Below are positions 12,448-28,625 of a stretch of DNA of 64,000 bases, one piece after another. Origin of the DNA: Octopus sinensis (Eukaryota); assembly GCF_006345805.1 (NCBI RefSeq), contig NC_043002.1, forward strand, positions 29,636,001 through 29,700,000, given 5' to 3'. The position numbers and the translations under genes were made by a program. A model generated the notes under the pieces. That model did no database searches. It was not told the DNA's origin and saw only the letters and a program-made list of their open reading frames with translations. The first letter of the stretch is position 1; each line of letters begins with the position of its first letter.

Positions 12448-13862
12448 TGTACAGAAATACCAGCGTTCTGGTTAATGACTTCGAAATATTAATTGATCCA
12501 GTAGCGTATCCATCGACACTCAATAAAATGAAGTTAAGTTTAACGTGTGATATATTTGAAGTAGGTTCATATTTGTGGATACGTCTAAAGGCATGCCAAT
12601 CACGTGATCTGTTGTTCATGTCAATATTTATATGGAAGATATTCAATATAATGAAACAAATCTAGTGTCAAATATGTTTAGGAGAATGAAAAACAATAGA
12701 ACAAGTTATCTCTGAACATCAGCTTGCATAACATATGATCAGCAAGATGCACAAATTCCAATGTGACGTAAGTAAGTACGCATATTTCAACACAATTTGT
12801 TCTTGCTGTCACACAGCATTTAAAAAATAAGGCATTGTAATGGAAAAACATGACATTAGCAATCGTTGTATAAATATTTTAACACTTATTTGCGTCTTAC
12901 TTACCACGTTGTAACAGACTGAATATTGCAATCATGAGATATTTGAGTTGTTTTAGATATCATTATGATGCTCAATGTTGCAGAGTATTGTTAAAGAGCG
13001 GCTGAAATTTGAGATATATTTACGAAATACCATGCAGTATATAATCTTTATATGACACAAAACAAACACTTTTGTTTTATTCAGAGTAATATCAACTGCT
13101 GGCGGTTTGATTATGCAATAAAACTTCTGTACGGAGTTGGGAGTTGAAGCATTGCAATGAATTTACTTGAGATAAGTTCCGTTATAGCATGTCTTGAAGA
13201 AGAACGCTCTCATATAAGATCTTAATTGTGACGACTTGTTCCTCATAGACGAACCACATGTAGAAAAAGCTACCAGAAGTTTTACAAGTCACCCATGAAT
13301 ATATTGAGTTTGCTATGTTGTTAGAAACCAGACTCAAGTACAGTATTTTATTTGTACACAATGTACGCATGTTTCCATACCTCACTTTCACTGAAGTGCG
13401 ATGTCAAAATACTCTAAGCAGTATCATCGTTCTAAATATTTAACAGCTTCACTAGTTCCGAAATTGTGTAACTAAGTCTATCGTTGAACTATGATATAAA
13501 TAATAACAATAATTAGCGCTTTTCAATCAAATCATGCTACAATTACTTAATTCATTTTTTTTTTCAGACAAGACGAACTTACATTTTAAGTTTATTTTTA
13601 AAATTTCAAGCAAAAACGTAACCGATGCTAAGTCAATTGTTAAAAGAAAAAAAAAAGAAAAAGAAAAAAACGGCATATTGTTAGCGCATGTACAGTTATG
13701 CAAATCAAAGAAATCAGATTGGAACTATTTTTCAGGGAAATCGAGATAAAAAGAAAAACAATTGAAATTAGTCGGAAGGGTTTCTTTCCGGAACAAATCC
13801 TAAATAATTTTTTAATCATGTAAGCACATATATTTATACATGCGTACATACATACATACGTG

Positions 13863-13945
<83 letters not shown>

Positions 13946-14617
13946 GATATATACATACACACACACACATATATATATATATGCATCTATCTATCTCTCA
14001 CACTCTCTCTCTCACTTTCTCTCTCTATAAATATATGTATATACAAAATATACGCATAATTATGTGCGTGTATACTCACACACATATACATATATATATA
14101 TGCTCATACACACAGACGCATACGCAAGCACACACAGACACATATATACGTCTGTGTATATGTGTGTGTGTGTGTGTCTGCGTGCGTGTCTGTGTGTGTA
14201 CAAGTGTTGTGCGTGATGTATCAGTCATCTCAACAAGAATACGATATTCAAACACTCTAATGATGTACTTTAACTTTGCAACTGAGACGAAAGGAACGAT
14301 ATTTAAATTCATTTTATATATATCTTTCAATTTTTATTCATTTTCTAAAAGATAGTATTGCCATAGCAGCAGCTGGATATCAGTTGTTCAAAATTTCAGT
14401 GGAGAAATGGTCTTAAGAACAAAATGATATGGCAAAGCATTGGTAAACCAGAAGGCAGCAGACGTGTGGAACGGTGAATTATGGGAATAGCAAAAGTTTT
14501 AAAGATATATCCCTTGGTTTTTAGAGAAAGGAACCAAAATGACACCCTTGAGATTTACTGAAGAAATAATATACATAGTTACTCTAACATTATAAATAAT
14601 TAGTGGGTGGCATTTAA

Positions 14618-14653
<36 letters not shown>

Positions 14654-14768
14654 ACATACAGACACTCAGAAATACCCGCGCGCACAGTTACACACACCAT
14701 ATGTGTGTGTATGCGTATATGTGTATGTGTATTTATACATACATATATATACATATCTTTACATATAC

Positions 14769-14848
<80 letters not shown>

Positions 14849-15137
14849 CACATATATATTTGTATTTTAATAAATACATGTGTATATTACTTATATATTA
14901 TGCCTGCAGACGTTACTGAATGTAACCTGTATGTAGGAACTGAAAAACAAAAAAAAATGGTAATAAAGTCTGTAGAAAAAACAAATTGGAGAAGAGTCTA
15001 TCTATATATAAAAGAATATATGCATTTATATATTCTCATATACATGCATATATGCATGTATGTGTGTGTATGTGTGCATGTGCGTGCGCACGCGCGTATG
15101 TATATTAAATAAATAACAGTCTTCTAAACATGATTTT

Positions 15138-15430
15138 CTGTTCTTTGTTCCTTCTCGTGCCATGCCTAGCTCATAAGGGCCGGTTTCCCGGCTTCCTTGA
15201 CGTATAGGTTCCCCACCTGGACGGGATGCCGGTCCGTTGCAGGTGAGCTGCAAGATGCAGGAGGAAAGAGTGAGAAAATGTTGTGGCGAAAGAGTCAGCA
15301 GAAGTTCCCCATTACCATCTGCTGGAGCCGCGTGAAGTCCAGGTGTATCGTTCATAAACACCCATACATCGCCCGGTCTGAGATTCGAACCCGCGAGTCC
15401 GCTGCTCTAACCACTAGGCCATGTGCCTCC
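15138..15430 (-). mobile_element. tRNA-derived SINE (same head as 55180 family, different tail)
   Basis: Ends on the plus strand with cgcgagtccgctgctctaaccactaggccatgtgcctcc and shares the central gagtgagaaa.tgttgtgg.gaaagagt block. Confidence 0.8.
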
Positions 15431-15629
15431 ACTTGACTTTCTGACAAACTGGTCAGTAAAAGGGAGAGCAATAGGAATATGGAGGGGATCAATAGGTGAT
15501 ATTTATCAACTTTTAGACGTTTCAAGCAAAGCTTTTCGTCAGAAACAGGAGACGGCGTAAAGTCCAAGAATAAAGAAAGATGGAGGAAAAAAGGCGCCAA
15601 CCATCCACATGTATATGTGTGTGCGTGTG

Positions 15630-15667
<38 letters not shown>

Positions 15668-16069
15668 TGTGTGTTTGCATGTGTGAGTGAACAATCTGTG
15701 TGTGATAAAATGTCATCTGAATAAGTAATATTCCCAGGGCAGTCTGTAAATTTTAGCCAAAATATATGAATCGTCATGCAATTATTAAACGGAAATCCTT
15801 TAAATTAATGTCTAATCGGGAGATTGAAATCTGTATTTTTATTGCCGTCATCATACATATTTATTGTGTCACACGACACTAGTATTGATTTACACAACAC
15901 AGCTATTGTATTACAAAGGTCTGCTGTACTCATACAATATTACTGATTACCACATAAGCACCACATGTGAATTTTATTTAATATTTTTACATCTTTATCT
16001 GTGTATCTATCTATCTATATATATATATGAACATATATGAATAGACACATACATACATACATACATACT

Positions 16070-16225
16070 TGTTTCTCTCCTTGTTTTTTCTGTGTTCCTT
16101 TGTGTAGAAGAGCGTAGGCTCGAAACGTAAGAGACGTTTTCTATTCCTGAGCGTTATACTAATACATCTGTTTGTTTTGTACGCCACCTGTCTTCGTCTT
16201 TTGTTTTTTCGTAAACTCTCCCTAT
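16070..16225 (+). repeat. Dispersed ~160-bp repeat carrying the minimal hammerhead motif (probable non-autonomous Penelope-like terminal repeat)
   Basis: Aligns along its length with 41704-41862 (ttctctccttgttttttctgtgt...ctattcctgagcg.tatactaatacatct.tttgttttgtac.ccac.tgtcttcgtcttttg). Both copies end in (TA)n. Confidence 0.8.
16097..16134 (+). ncRNA. Minimal hammerhead-like motif, decayed copy of the 41731 family
   Basis: CCTTT-GTGTAGA-A-GAGC-GTAG-GCTC-GAAA-C-GTA-AGAGA; C3 is changed to G and stem I has a wobble pair. Confidence 0.45.
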
Positions 16226-17097
16226 ATAAATATATATATGTATATGTGTGTGTGTGTGTTTGTGTGTGTATGTATCTGTTGTAAGCAACAGAAGAAGAAA
16301 GATGATTAAAATAGCCATATGTGTAAAAGACTTAATGCAAATTTGTCTCAAAGAGGATAATTTATCGTCTCTAGTGGACGAACTCTTCCTAAAAGCGCAA
16401 AATATATCGGTAACAAATGAAAATCGCCCGGCAGTAACCGATGAGAATGCATTTTGTCCTATTGATCCTTGACAATAGTACGTACTCAGCCAACACGTGC
16501 TACACTTACAGGAAAACTGTAACTGAACAACTGGTATTGAACAAAAATCCGTTATACGTAATATACGCAAGATTAGATTAAAATGATCAACGGCATATCA
16601 TACATAACGTAAATATTTCGCGAAAAAACAATTTTATTGCGGTTTTCAATGGGACAGTATATCTCTTGTGGAAGCACTGTTTAAAAACACGGAATATGTC
16701 GGAAACAGTCGGCAATCGCCTTGCAGCGGTCGGTGAGAATTTTGAGTGCGAGTTTCTGTTGTTGGGCTTTAGGAGTCAATAATATCCCATTACTGACTAA
16801 TAAATATATGTCAGCGGCTACATCAAATCTCTCTCTTAACAGTTCCAATAATTTTAAGGCAAAAGCGTTTTATTTTCTTTTAAAATATCGTGAAATAATT
16901 GGAAATATAGGAAGATTTATAGTGGCCGGAGAAAATGTGAAGTTATCTGAAGACAGTTTTGTGCTAGGCAGCGTTGCTTGCTTGATTTAACTGCTTAGTT
17001 TATCCCAATAGTAATCGTACTTTTAGACAGAAATAAAACAAAATCAAGGGAGATATTAAATACTGAAGTTTCCATTCGTCACAATTTCTTTCTAGAT

Positions 17098-17502
17098 ATT
17101 CTTTTCGACTCTAGGCAAAATGCCCAAAATTTTGGAGGAAGGGGCCAGTTGATTAGAACGACCCTAGTACGCAACTGGTACTTAATTTATCGACCCTGAA
17201 AGGATGAAAGGAAATTCGACCTCGGCGGAATTTGAACTCAGAACGTAAGCGCAGGCGGAATACCTATTTCTATTTCTGTACTACCCACAAGTGGCTAAAC
17301 ACTGGGAGGACAAACAAGGACAGACAAACGGATTAAGTCGATTATATCGACCCCAATGCGTAACTGGTACTTATTTAATCGACCCCGAAAGGATGAAAGG
17401 CAAAGTCGACCTCGGCGGAATTTGAACTCAGAACGTAGCGGCAGACGAAATACGGCTACTCATTTCGCCCGGCGTGCTACCGTTTCTGCCAGCTCGCTGC
17501 CT
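17098..17502 (-). mobile_element. SINE with duplicated central core (dimeric form)
   Basis: Two copies of the gtcgactttgcctttcatcctttcggggtcgataaattaagtaccag-type core in reverse complement; head ggcagcgagctggcagaaacg. Confidence 0.85.
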
Positions 17503-18170
17503 TAGAAAGGAATAATATTAATATGGCTCTTAGCTTGTGTGTTATGCTTTTCTTTATCATTTTCCAAACTCTTTAGAATTACTGCTGATTTTAAATTGTC
17601 GAATTCATATTTTTATTTCATTCTGCTATGGGGGTTAAATTGCTGTATCTATTACATAATCGCTTTTAAATTTACACCCCAAAACAATATGGCGCACGTT
17701 AAAGTAATGCTTAAAAGGAGTGAGGAGTTAAGAGATTTGGGAAGTGTGAGCAACAGCAAGTTGGGTGTTACCCCAAGAACAAACATCAGCACATGCAATA
17801 TGTTATATGAAGACTGTGGTGACTGCGTCAACGGTGTACCAAAAGCATTAACAACAACAACAATAACAGAACAAAACTAGAGCTGATTCATTAATGCGGT
17901 AAATACAAATAGTATTACGACCAGTATCAACATTGTCTAAGGCAGCACAGTTACTATATGGAATAGTGACTAGCCCCAACACCACCTGCATCTACACCTA
18001 CTCACAAAGCCTGATATAAATAACGCCGCTAAAACTGACTCTTTTGTTAAACCACAAGCAGCTGGGCACGGATGTCGCTCACATACACGAAGAAAATATG
18101 AAAAGTTAGATACGCGATATATGCCCGAGCTCGTTTGTATATGTATATATGTATATATGCATATATATAT

Positions 18171-18231
<61 letters not shown>

Positions 18232-18298
18232 ATTTACATATATACATAAAAGTAACAGCTTTTGTTTAATTTCTGCTGCTTTTAAATAATATATATAT

Positions 18299-18358
<60 letters not shown>

Positions 18359-18439
18359 ATATATATATATATAAATATAAATAAAGTATAACGGCGGTGC
18401 ATCAGCATGGCCGCAGCTCTGTGCTGAAACTAGAGAGAG

Positions 18440-18474
<35 letters not shown>

Positions 18475-18637
18475 TCAAATTACGATGAACGAAGTCTGCT
18501 TTAGAAGCGTTTAGATGTCTTAGTAAGTTAAAGAAGTGATTTTAAATTCTCAAACGCAGGATAATGCTAATAATATAGCCTGAACAGGATACGCTACCAT
18601 TATTTTTCAGAAAAAAGTGTTGGCGGCCGGCTATATA

Positions 18638-18685
<48 letters not shown>

Positions 18686-18740
18686 TAGAGATATATAGAT
18701 ATATATATACATATATATATGTGTGTGCTTATCTATGTAT

Positions 18741-18782
<42 letters not shown>

Positions 18783-18929
18783 TATATATATATATATATA
18801 TAATATATACATGTACTTACAAACACATTCACACACACACACACTCTCTAATTCATATGTTTATAATGTAGGTATACAATCATGTATTATAAGCATATAT
18901 ATTTTATCTTCCTATTATGGTTCTTTCTT

Positions 18930-19314
18930 ATTTTAGTTGTTAGACTGCGGTCAGGCGGGTTACCCCCTTGAAGAACTTTACTAGAATAAGACAACTCCAG
19001 TAAGATTTCTTTTTAAGCCTGGTATCTATTCTATCAGTCAATATTGCCGAAACGCTAGATTACAGGACGTAAACACACCAACACTGGTTGTCAAATGGTG
19101 AGGGGTGGGCAGACATAGACACACAGACATATACATTCTCACTCACAGATATATACGACAGGCTTCTCTCAGTTTCCAGTCACCAAATCCATTCACAACG
19201 TCCTTGGTTCACCTGAGGCTATAACAGAAGACACTCGCCAAAGCTACTACGCTGTGGGATGGAAACTGGAACGATATGGTTGGGAAGCAAGCTTCTTACC
19301 AGATAGCCACGTCT
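18930..19314 (-). mobile_element. Diverged SINE (43028 family)
   Basis: Reverse-complement similarity to 43028-43400 over its length. Confidence 0.75.
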
Positions 19315-19465
19315 GGGCCTATGTATATATATCTGTTTGTGCTTGTGTGTGTGAGTGAGTGAATGAGTATGTGTGTGTACATGGTGTATGCGTGTATGTG
19401 TATGTGCGTGTGTTTGTCCGTGTGCGCGCGCACAAGCATAAAGTGTGTAATAAATTGTACTAGCC

Positions 19466-19601
19466 AAATTCTTCCGAGGTCACTTTGCCTTTCATCCTTT
19501 CGAGTTCGATAAATTAAGTACCAGTTGCATACTGGAGTCGACCTAATCGACTGGCTCCCTCCGCCAAAATTTCGGGCCTTGTGCCTTAAATAGAAAAGAA
19601 T
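19466..19601 (+). mobile_element. SINE 3' fragment (33032 family)
   Basis: gaggtcactttgcctttcatcctttcgagttcgataaattaagtaccagttg...aaaatttcgggccttgtgcc. Confidence 0.75.
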
Positions 19602-19854
19602 ATTAAATTGTACTGGCACAAAAAAAGTATTAGTTTTACAACATTTATTTCCAAGAGAGTTTTGTTCACCAAAATGTGTTCTGTTGTATCACCATCACAA
19701 CTATTGAAACACTTCAACATCAGCGTGGTGTTTCCCCTCGTGGGGGAATATTTTTCATTGGGTTTTCATAAATATCATACTACTTAAAACATACAATCAT
19801 CAAATTTTTATGTGAGACCTAAAAATGAAATATGTCTTGTTATTGGTTTCAAAT

Positions 19855-20060
19855 TTTGGCACAAGACCAACAGTTTCGAGGTAGGGGCTCGAGTCGGTTA
19901 CGTCGACCCCAGAGCCCAACAGCTACATATTTTATCGACCCCCGGAAGGATGACATGCAAAGTCGACCTCGGCGAAATTTGAACTCAGAATATAACAACG
20001 GACAAAATGCCACTATAAATTTTACCAGGTATGCTAAAGATTCTGCCAGCTTGCCAGCTC
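19855..20060 (-). mobile_element. Diverged SINE (33032 family)
   Basis: ttatcgacccc.gaaggatga...aaagtcgacctcggcgaaatttgaactcagaa. Confidence 0.7.
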
Positions 20061-21621
20061 GAAATCTGTGACGATATTAACAAACTGTGTCAGTTCGAAA
20101 TTGCGAGACGAAATTTTTGACAACTCACGAAAATAAAATGAAAAGTAAATTTAATAGATTTGTGTATTATTAAATTGTTTTCCTCCGATGTTGTTAATTC
20201 CGTATAAACACAGGATTTGAAATCAGATATTTTCTTATCGTATTTTCTAGCATATATGTCGAACTCTTATTTCGTGTAAATTTGTACTGTAATCATTCAA
20301 ATATCATAACTGTCATTCGAAACCTCCCTGCATTTTCTAAGAAATTTTCAGTACTTTAAATTTGTCAACCTACCTCTTTTGCCATAAAATTTACGTTTCA
20401 AAATTTCGACTTGTATGATTAAAAATACTGTAAATTGTATAAGTCACAAATTTGCCAAAAGTGTAGTTCGTTTAAAATTCTTTGTGTTTATTTTGTCCGA
20501 GAATGTGGGTTAGAGCTCACTTATTATTTAAACAGACTGGTTAAAATATTGTTGTTAATGAGAAATATTATCATTTAATGGTTTATGCCACTAAGGATAA
20601 AACGAAGTAGTAAGGATATACATACAGGGTGTCACTGTTTTGAGAACACAGACATGAGAATTTTAAAATTTTCAACAGAGCTGACTATTTGTCGGTTAGA
20701 GTGTAATATCATATCTTCTTATCATCAATTTTGCTGACTGCAACCCCGACACAGCTCCGCTCTTATCACTATTTCCAGTTTTTCTTCTCCATAACACCAT
20801 CCCTCTTGAGCCTTCTCCTCTGGAGTCTTATTTGTAGATATCGATTTGTAACTGTTTAAATGGAATATCAAATACATCGATTTCGCCGAAATAAGAAGTT
20901 ATTCAAAAATTCAAACGCTATGGCCTTGCTCCATTCCTCAGACCTTCGAGCAACTAAAAAAAAAAGGACACAAATTTTAAAAAAACGCCAAAACACAGTA
21001 AAATGCTTCGCATTTTCTTGAAAGCTTTGCTTTAAGTATGAAATTCATGTGTTTCCTACGAGGATGCTTTCTTTAATTTTTTCACTCTTTTTCCTTTATC
21101 TTTTTTCGTGTTTTCGTGTGGGGGGGGGAGAAATATGACCTGAATCTAGCAGAAAATGTGTCAGAAAAAAATAAGAAAGATAAAAGACAAAGTGAAGTCT
21201 TCAGTTTCAACAGACTGCTTACTGATGCCTGGCATTGTTGATACATAACTTAGCATATGGCATATGGTAACCATTTCACCCTGTTGATCACCTAACTTAT
21301 TATGGCAGATACTGTGACGTATATAACTATGACTAAACTGTATACAATGGACCATCTGTATGCCTGTTATATTATCTATCGATTATATTTGTTATATATC
21401 CATCCATCTACTTAGTTGGATAACTACCTAATTATCTGAACATACATACACGCACATACACACACAAACGCGGTCGCAATCATACACACACGCACACACA
21501 CACGAGCATGCACACACACACATAACACACGCACACACATACACACGTTTATGTGTGTGAATATGCGACTTACTATTTATCATACAGAAATGTTCATTTT
21601 CATCTTTCTGCCTGTTTGCTC

Positions 21622-21715
<94 letters not shown>

Positions 21716-21885
21716 ATACATACACACATACAATAAAAGGGTAAATAATTTTTCCGTGGTTTTTCGTACAACCAACAATTATTTACCGGTAAATTTCGGT
21801 AAATTTAAGTCATAGATACACATATATATATATTGTACATAAGTATATATTTATGCATATATATACATATATTATATATATATAT

Positions 21886-21936
<51 letters not shown>

Positions 21937-22958
21937 AATATGCATAATATATACTTAAAAGCAAAATTAAATATATGCTTAAACGTCTAATTTAGAAAAA
22001 AAAAATCTATCTTTCTCTAAACTGGCTATCATATGTACACACACATATTTTTAGAAATATTCACAAGTCATGTGTTAGACTACATAATGAATAACAAAGA
22101 ATACGGACAATCAACCATACAGAAGAAAAGCTCAGCTTGAGAACGGTCGTGATGGCAGCTGAGATGATTTATAATATATAACACATGTGCACATGCGAGT
22201 TTCCCAATGTAAACTGTTATCGTGGGCAATGTTTAGAGAAACAGCTCTCGGACGGAAGTTCAAAAAGACATCTTTCATATTACCGTAGTTTTTGTGTTTT
22301 GTAGGATCTGTGAGAGAAACGTTTTAATGATTTTCACAATCGTTCTCTTCCTTTCGTCTGTCTTGGTCTCCTGCTGAGAAGAGCTCTCAGATATGGTTTG
22401 TTACAGGTGGAGGTGGATGTGCGGATGATGGTATGTGAGAGGTGACGTCGCTGCTGTGTGTAGTGGTTTTTCGTGATATTGGTTCTGTATTGCTCTGTCA
22501 AATATCACTTCGGTCTCTATTTCTTTTTTTTTTTTCACGACCTAATATAGTTTGTTTCGACTATGATGATGGTGATAGGCTTTCTAGAAGTCATGCGGAC
22601 AGTTATACTTATACACAAACACACACAGACATACACACAGACATGCCTACATGCACACACACACGCGCACATACACAGAGAGATACATAAATACATACAT
22701 GTATGCGTATGTACCTCTCTCTTTATATATATATAGTGCCTTTAACTATATATATGCACTATGTACAAATGTGATTTGTATCCCAAATAAAATGCACCTC
22801 ATGTTCGAGGGTCAGGTGAAGCTATAAGGTGTTATTCAGGCGCTTGACTATGAATTGACTCCTTCTTATAGCAGATAATGGTGTTTGATAATGAAGCTCG
22901 TAAGGTAATCAATTATTCCTTTATCACTTAACTTCATATATATATAATATATAGTATA

Positions 22959-23049
<91 letters not shown>

Positions 23050-23150
23050 TAATACTGCTGCTTCATATATATATATATATATATAATATGAAGTAGCAGT
23101 ATTTAATATATACATTACTGCATTTGTCGGCACTACTGACAACTGAGCAG

Positions 23151-23195
<45 letters not shown>

Positions 23196-23247
23196 ATACA
23201 TATAAGCATGATTCTTATGACGACCGTACAGTGGAAATGTGTATTTA

Positions 23248-23292
<45 letters not shown>

Positions 23293-25380
23293 TGTATGTG
23301 TGTGTGTGTGTGTGCGTGTGTGTGTGTTTGTGTGTGTGTGTGTAAATATCTACAACACGACGGCTAGTGATTACTTGTCTCCGGAAAACGCCGTAGCTAA
23401 GTTGCTTCATAGTGGCCTTCATTCACAAAGATTTTGCGACTGATCGGTCTTTTGTCAGTTCGCAATTTTGAACCGTTTCCTGGAGTGGCTCTCTCCGCCC
23501 AATATTCCTTTAAGTCTTTTACGAAGGAAACTTCGTCTCTGCCTCTCACTGTTAACCTTATCAATATTAAGAAACAAAATGCTGTCACTTGAGGCCGAGC
23601 ATCGTTCACGAGTCGATAAACAAAACTGAATAACGAAGAACATATTTAGATATACAAAAATTAATCATCCCTCAACTCGCTAGAGTGTATATATAAAGTA
23701 ATAAATTCCAAAATTTGAAGATGTAATCAAATTGTATGCAATAAGATGCATGCCGTTATGGAAAGTGAAAGACGTTACACCAAAACGAAGAGTATTTGGT
23801 TTTAGTACTTGTAATTTTCTTCCTTCTAATCGTAAAAGCCTTGAAAATTGAAAGCAGACTTCCTAGTTGTAACAAAAGGTTATGAAGAATATGAAATGGC
23901 AGAACCCGCTTCCCTAACATGTTACAATCAGATATGCCTTCACTGTGAATTTTATTTTAAAGAAAGGCATCCGCAATGGTAGACAAAGTAGAAATGCACA
24001 GGCAACAGGCAAACGCACTAAAAAGAGACATCTGCTGGGCAGCATAACCAAAACATGAAAAGTATTTGTCAGTGTCAATAAGGAAATCAATAGAGAAATG
24101 CAGGAATTAACAAGTTTACAAAGAGAACCAGAACGAAATGGTCTTTCAATATTATGTATGTTTGTCATCTGTCGAAACGATAACTATATGTAACACCCAA
24201 AGACAAAACAAAATCCAACTATGTAGCAGACCAACAAATGTAGATTAATCAAACTAATTAAAATTAATCTGACGTACAGATTAACAGAAATTAATGAAGC
24301 TGTAAATTAAAAATTTAAACAAGCAAGAAATTATGTAGGAAGGCAAAATAACTTATCTGCAAGAGAGTGGACTCGAGATTTGCAAGAGACGTATCTAGGT
24401 ACTCAGGAGTTAATAGTCTCAAGGGTGGCTGCCACCGAAACGATTTCTACCAGGCCCAACAAAACAAACATATACGATCGACCGAACGAGACCCTGTCTC
24501 ATATTACAGACACAACACAATTTCTCACAAATCACAAATGACTATCTGTGAAAGAGTAAACACTGGAAAACGCGATTCCTGATATAAAAGCAGACGCCGC
24601 AATATAGTTCTCATGACTGATATGGGGTTAATAATGAAAAGAAAAATGACTGCAGAAGCTATTACAACTATAGTAACTGCATCTGTAGTAGTCTGTGCAT
24701 GAACACTTGATTTGCTAGAAACAGCAGCACGCACTCCATTTTATCGCAAACTATGCTAGAAAGAGTAGCACGCAATACATCAAATCGCGGAGTATCATCT
24801 TATAATCAAACAGAATAGTAAAATTAGAACATACAGTTTTAGCCAGAAAATAAGTGAATAGAATATTTGATACTGATAGCTGAAGCAATGTATCAGAAGT
24901 CATAGATCTAACTTTTTTTAATTACTAATTAACAAATTACAACAACGGAAACAACAAATACACCAGAACAAGTATCACCAGAACTAGCTACCAATAAAAA
25001 TCCTTATAAGATTGTATTTAGATACTGCTATGACTCAGCAATGATATTACAATACCAGAAAACCAATGTAGTGTGATGACAAGTAAACTTCAGTAGTGAT
25101 TGAGGTCAATGCAAAAGAGTAGAGTAGTTGCTAGAATAATTAACGTCAGATTCATTTTTTTTTTCATGTTCCACATTAGTTTTTCGTTATGGCAAATCAT
25201 ACGTTGTTTGTTGCGATCGAATCTTAAATGAAATTCCACTTGAAACAAAACACGAAGAAATTCCATCGATTGCGAGATATTGCGGTCGTGATAACTACTT
25301 GACATGCGTGCACACATGCATTTATGCTTACATTAATGCAATATACGTACATACATAAAATACATACATATGTATATATA

Positions 25381-25453
<73 letters not shown>

Positions 25454-27793
25454 AACATACGCATATATATACATATTCAAACAGGAACACACTCACACAT
25501 ACACACATATACACACAGATATATATTCAAATAAAAATGTATGTATATATGTATTTGTATATGTAATGCTCATATATATATATATATTTATATATCGATA
25601 TAATATGTGTGTGGAGATAGATAGATAGATAGATAGATAGAAAGAGAGAGAGAGAGAGAGAGAGAGAAACAAAGACACAGAGATTGATAGTCAGAGAGCT
25701 TCCTAGGTTTAGATATAAAGATATATATAAAATATACAATAACAATAAAAATATATAGGCATATGTATGTATGTATGTACACATATGTGTGTATATATAT
25801 ATATATATACATACACACACACACACACACGAATATATATACGTATAAGTATATGTGTATATACATATATGCTTTTGTATAACATTGTGTTTGCATATGT
25901 GGATATTTGCAAACATGTATGGAATGAAGTTAGAAATTAGTCAGACGCAGCACACCTTCACAAACCAAAGCGTGCAAATATGAACGTCTCTCTCTCTCTC
26001 TCACTTCACGCATACTCTCACACACCAAATATAAATGAATACAGCGACACAAACACAAAAAAAACAGACCGAAATGCACAGATACATGGTCGCAAAGAAT
26101 CGGAGACAGACACATACCAAAGAAAATATTTCGACTAACGCAGCATGGAGAAGTCAAATGAAGCACGTACCAATATACCTATACATGTATGTGTGTGTGA
26201 GATATGTGTGTGGATGTGAGTGCGTGCATCGATATATATATATATATGAATGTATGTATGTCTAACTGAACACAGTTACAGACATGCGCATGCGTTGACT
26301 GAATGCAAACGTGTCTATTTTTGTATTTTGTATACATATATATGTAAACATTAGTGCATATATACATATATCCATACGTGCATTCATACATACATACACA
26401 CACACATATATGTATGCATATATATATATTTTATATATATACAAATGCATACATAAGTATATATTAAAAAAATGTGCATATATATATATATACGTATATA
26501 TAAGTGTGTATGTGTGGGGGTATCTGTATGTGCGTGTATGTGTGTGCGTATGTGAGTATGTATATGTCGTACACCTTCACATATTTGTGTGGTTATGTCA
26601 ATTAGTGTATTCACACATGCGCCCATATGCTCCTGATACATGCACAGATATTTGCGCACGTGTGTACATACACTAAATATATAAATATATATATATATAT
26701 ATGTAAGTGCATTATATATATACACCGATATATATATCCATATATATTTCTGTATGCACGTATATATATGGGTGTATATATATATTTATGTCGACATGTC
26801 TGTCTGTATGTATGTACGCCTGTATATATGTATTATATACGTTTGTATATATATGTATGCATATTTGTGTATGCACGTATATCTCTATGCGTAGATGTAT
26901 GTATATGCATACATGTATGCCTGTATGTAAGTATGCATGTATGTATATTTGTGTATCCACGTATACATATATGCTTGTGTGTATATACATATATATATAT
27001 ACATACATATATATATATATGTATGTCTCTCTGAATATATATATGTGTGCGTGTGTGTATGTGGTTGTGTGTGTGCGTGTGTGTGTGTGTGCTTCTGTGT
27101 GTGTGTGTAAATTAGCGTGGATGCTTGCGTGTATGGAGAATCATAAAACTTGAAACGCCATCCAGGTATCAATTGCAATATTATAAGCATGAAGCGCATG
27201 CGCAGCAAAAGAGCCATCATAATCATGCACATTAATGTATATACATACTTTCGTGTCGAAAGACAATTCTAAGCACAATGTATAACTTTTGCAGAGTTAT
27301 ATAATTCACGGACTGAATAACGAGAAAATATTTCTGCGGCTCTTCTACCGATTGGATTGCCTCCCGTGACTACAAACATACATAGAAGAAAAAAAGTGAA
27401 CAGCTATATAGATTTATATATGTTTATTAAAGGCAAGGTGTTCGTGTGTGTATATGTGTATTAGTCTGTTTTCACGTTTGTGTGTGTGCGTGCGCTTTAC
27501 ATTTTTGTATACATGTATATTTATGAATATACGTGTTTCTCTATGACTTTACCAATCTAGTTACTAATGCATATGCATGTACACATGGAAGCACATACAT
27601 GTGTTCCGCTCTTTCCCATCTCTCTGTCTTTCTTTCTCTCCTTCCCTTTCTCTCTGCATATATCTATATATACCATAATATACCATAACTATACATATGT
27701 GGTACTTTTGGATTACACGCATATCGCATATGTATGTGTTTTTATGTGCTTATAATATACATTATACATTAATCTGTACATATAAACATAATA

Positions 27794-27844
<51 letters not shown>

Positions 27845-27959
27845 TATATACATATATATACATATATATGTATGTACGTAAATATATATGATTATGTGTG
27901 TGTTGTAAATATATATATTTATTATATATATATAATAAGGAAAGAAATAGAGAGCAGAA

Positions 27960-27990
27960 TAGGTAGATAGATAGATAAAGAAAGATAGAT

Positions 27991-28023
<33 letters not shown>

Positions 28024-28295
28024 ACACAGACAGACAGACGATAGACAGACAGAGATAGATTGATGATAGATAGATAGTAAATAGATTATATATATATATA
28101 TATATATATATATAGATAGATAGATGAGAGAGAGATAGATTGAAATAGATAGATAAATAGATTATATATCTAGATAGATAGATAGATAGACAGACAATAG
28201 ATAGATTGATATAGATAGATAATAGATTATATATATATTAGATAGATATATAATATATATATATATACATATATATATAGTATATATATATATAT

Positions 28296-28379
<84 letters not shown>

Positions 28380-28385
28380 AGATAG
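27960..28385. repeat. (TAGA)n/(TA)n compound microsatellite
   Basis: Direct reading. Confidence 0.95.
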
Positions 28386-28389
28386 ACGG

Positions 28390-28625
28390 TGCCTATTTTC
28401 CCTTCACTGAATCGTCTCCATATTTGATAAAGACCAGTTCTGGTGTGTCGCCATTGCATTTCGTGCCCATTCCTTGTAAATAGTCACGAGCATAACAACT
28501 TCTTTTCGATGGAGATTTCTGCAATCGTGACTTTGCTTAACATTATCGCTAGCATTTCCTAGATCCCCTTGGTGCTTGATGCCAAAATCAGGAGTGTCTT
28601 GCCTTTTCTGCACATATCAGCAAGT
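28390..28625 (-). pseudogene. Possible highly decayed LINE RT fragment
   Basis: Minus-strand pieces LILASSTKGI*EML and KCNGDTPELVFIKY resemble the post-FADD region and the NGxxLExVxxFxYLG motif. Confidence 0.35.

Noticed and set aside
12072-12492. GFGFG/SGSG/RVRV ORFs
   Set aside because: Translations of the telomere-like hexamer array.
22115-22155. Hammerhead-like CAGAAGAA-AAGC/GCTT-GAGAACGGTC
   Set aside because: Two core changes and no in-register stem I.
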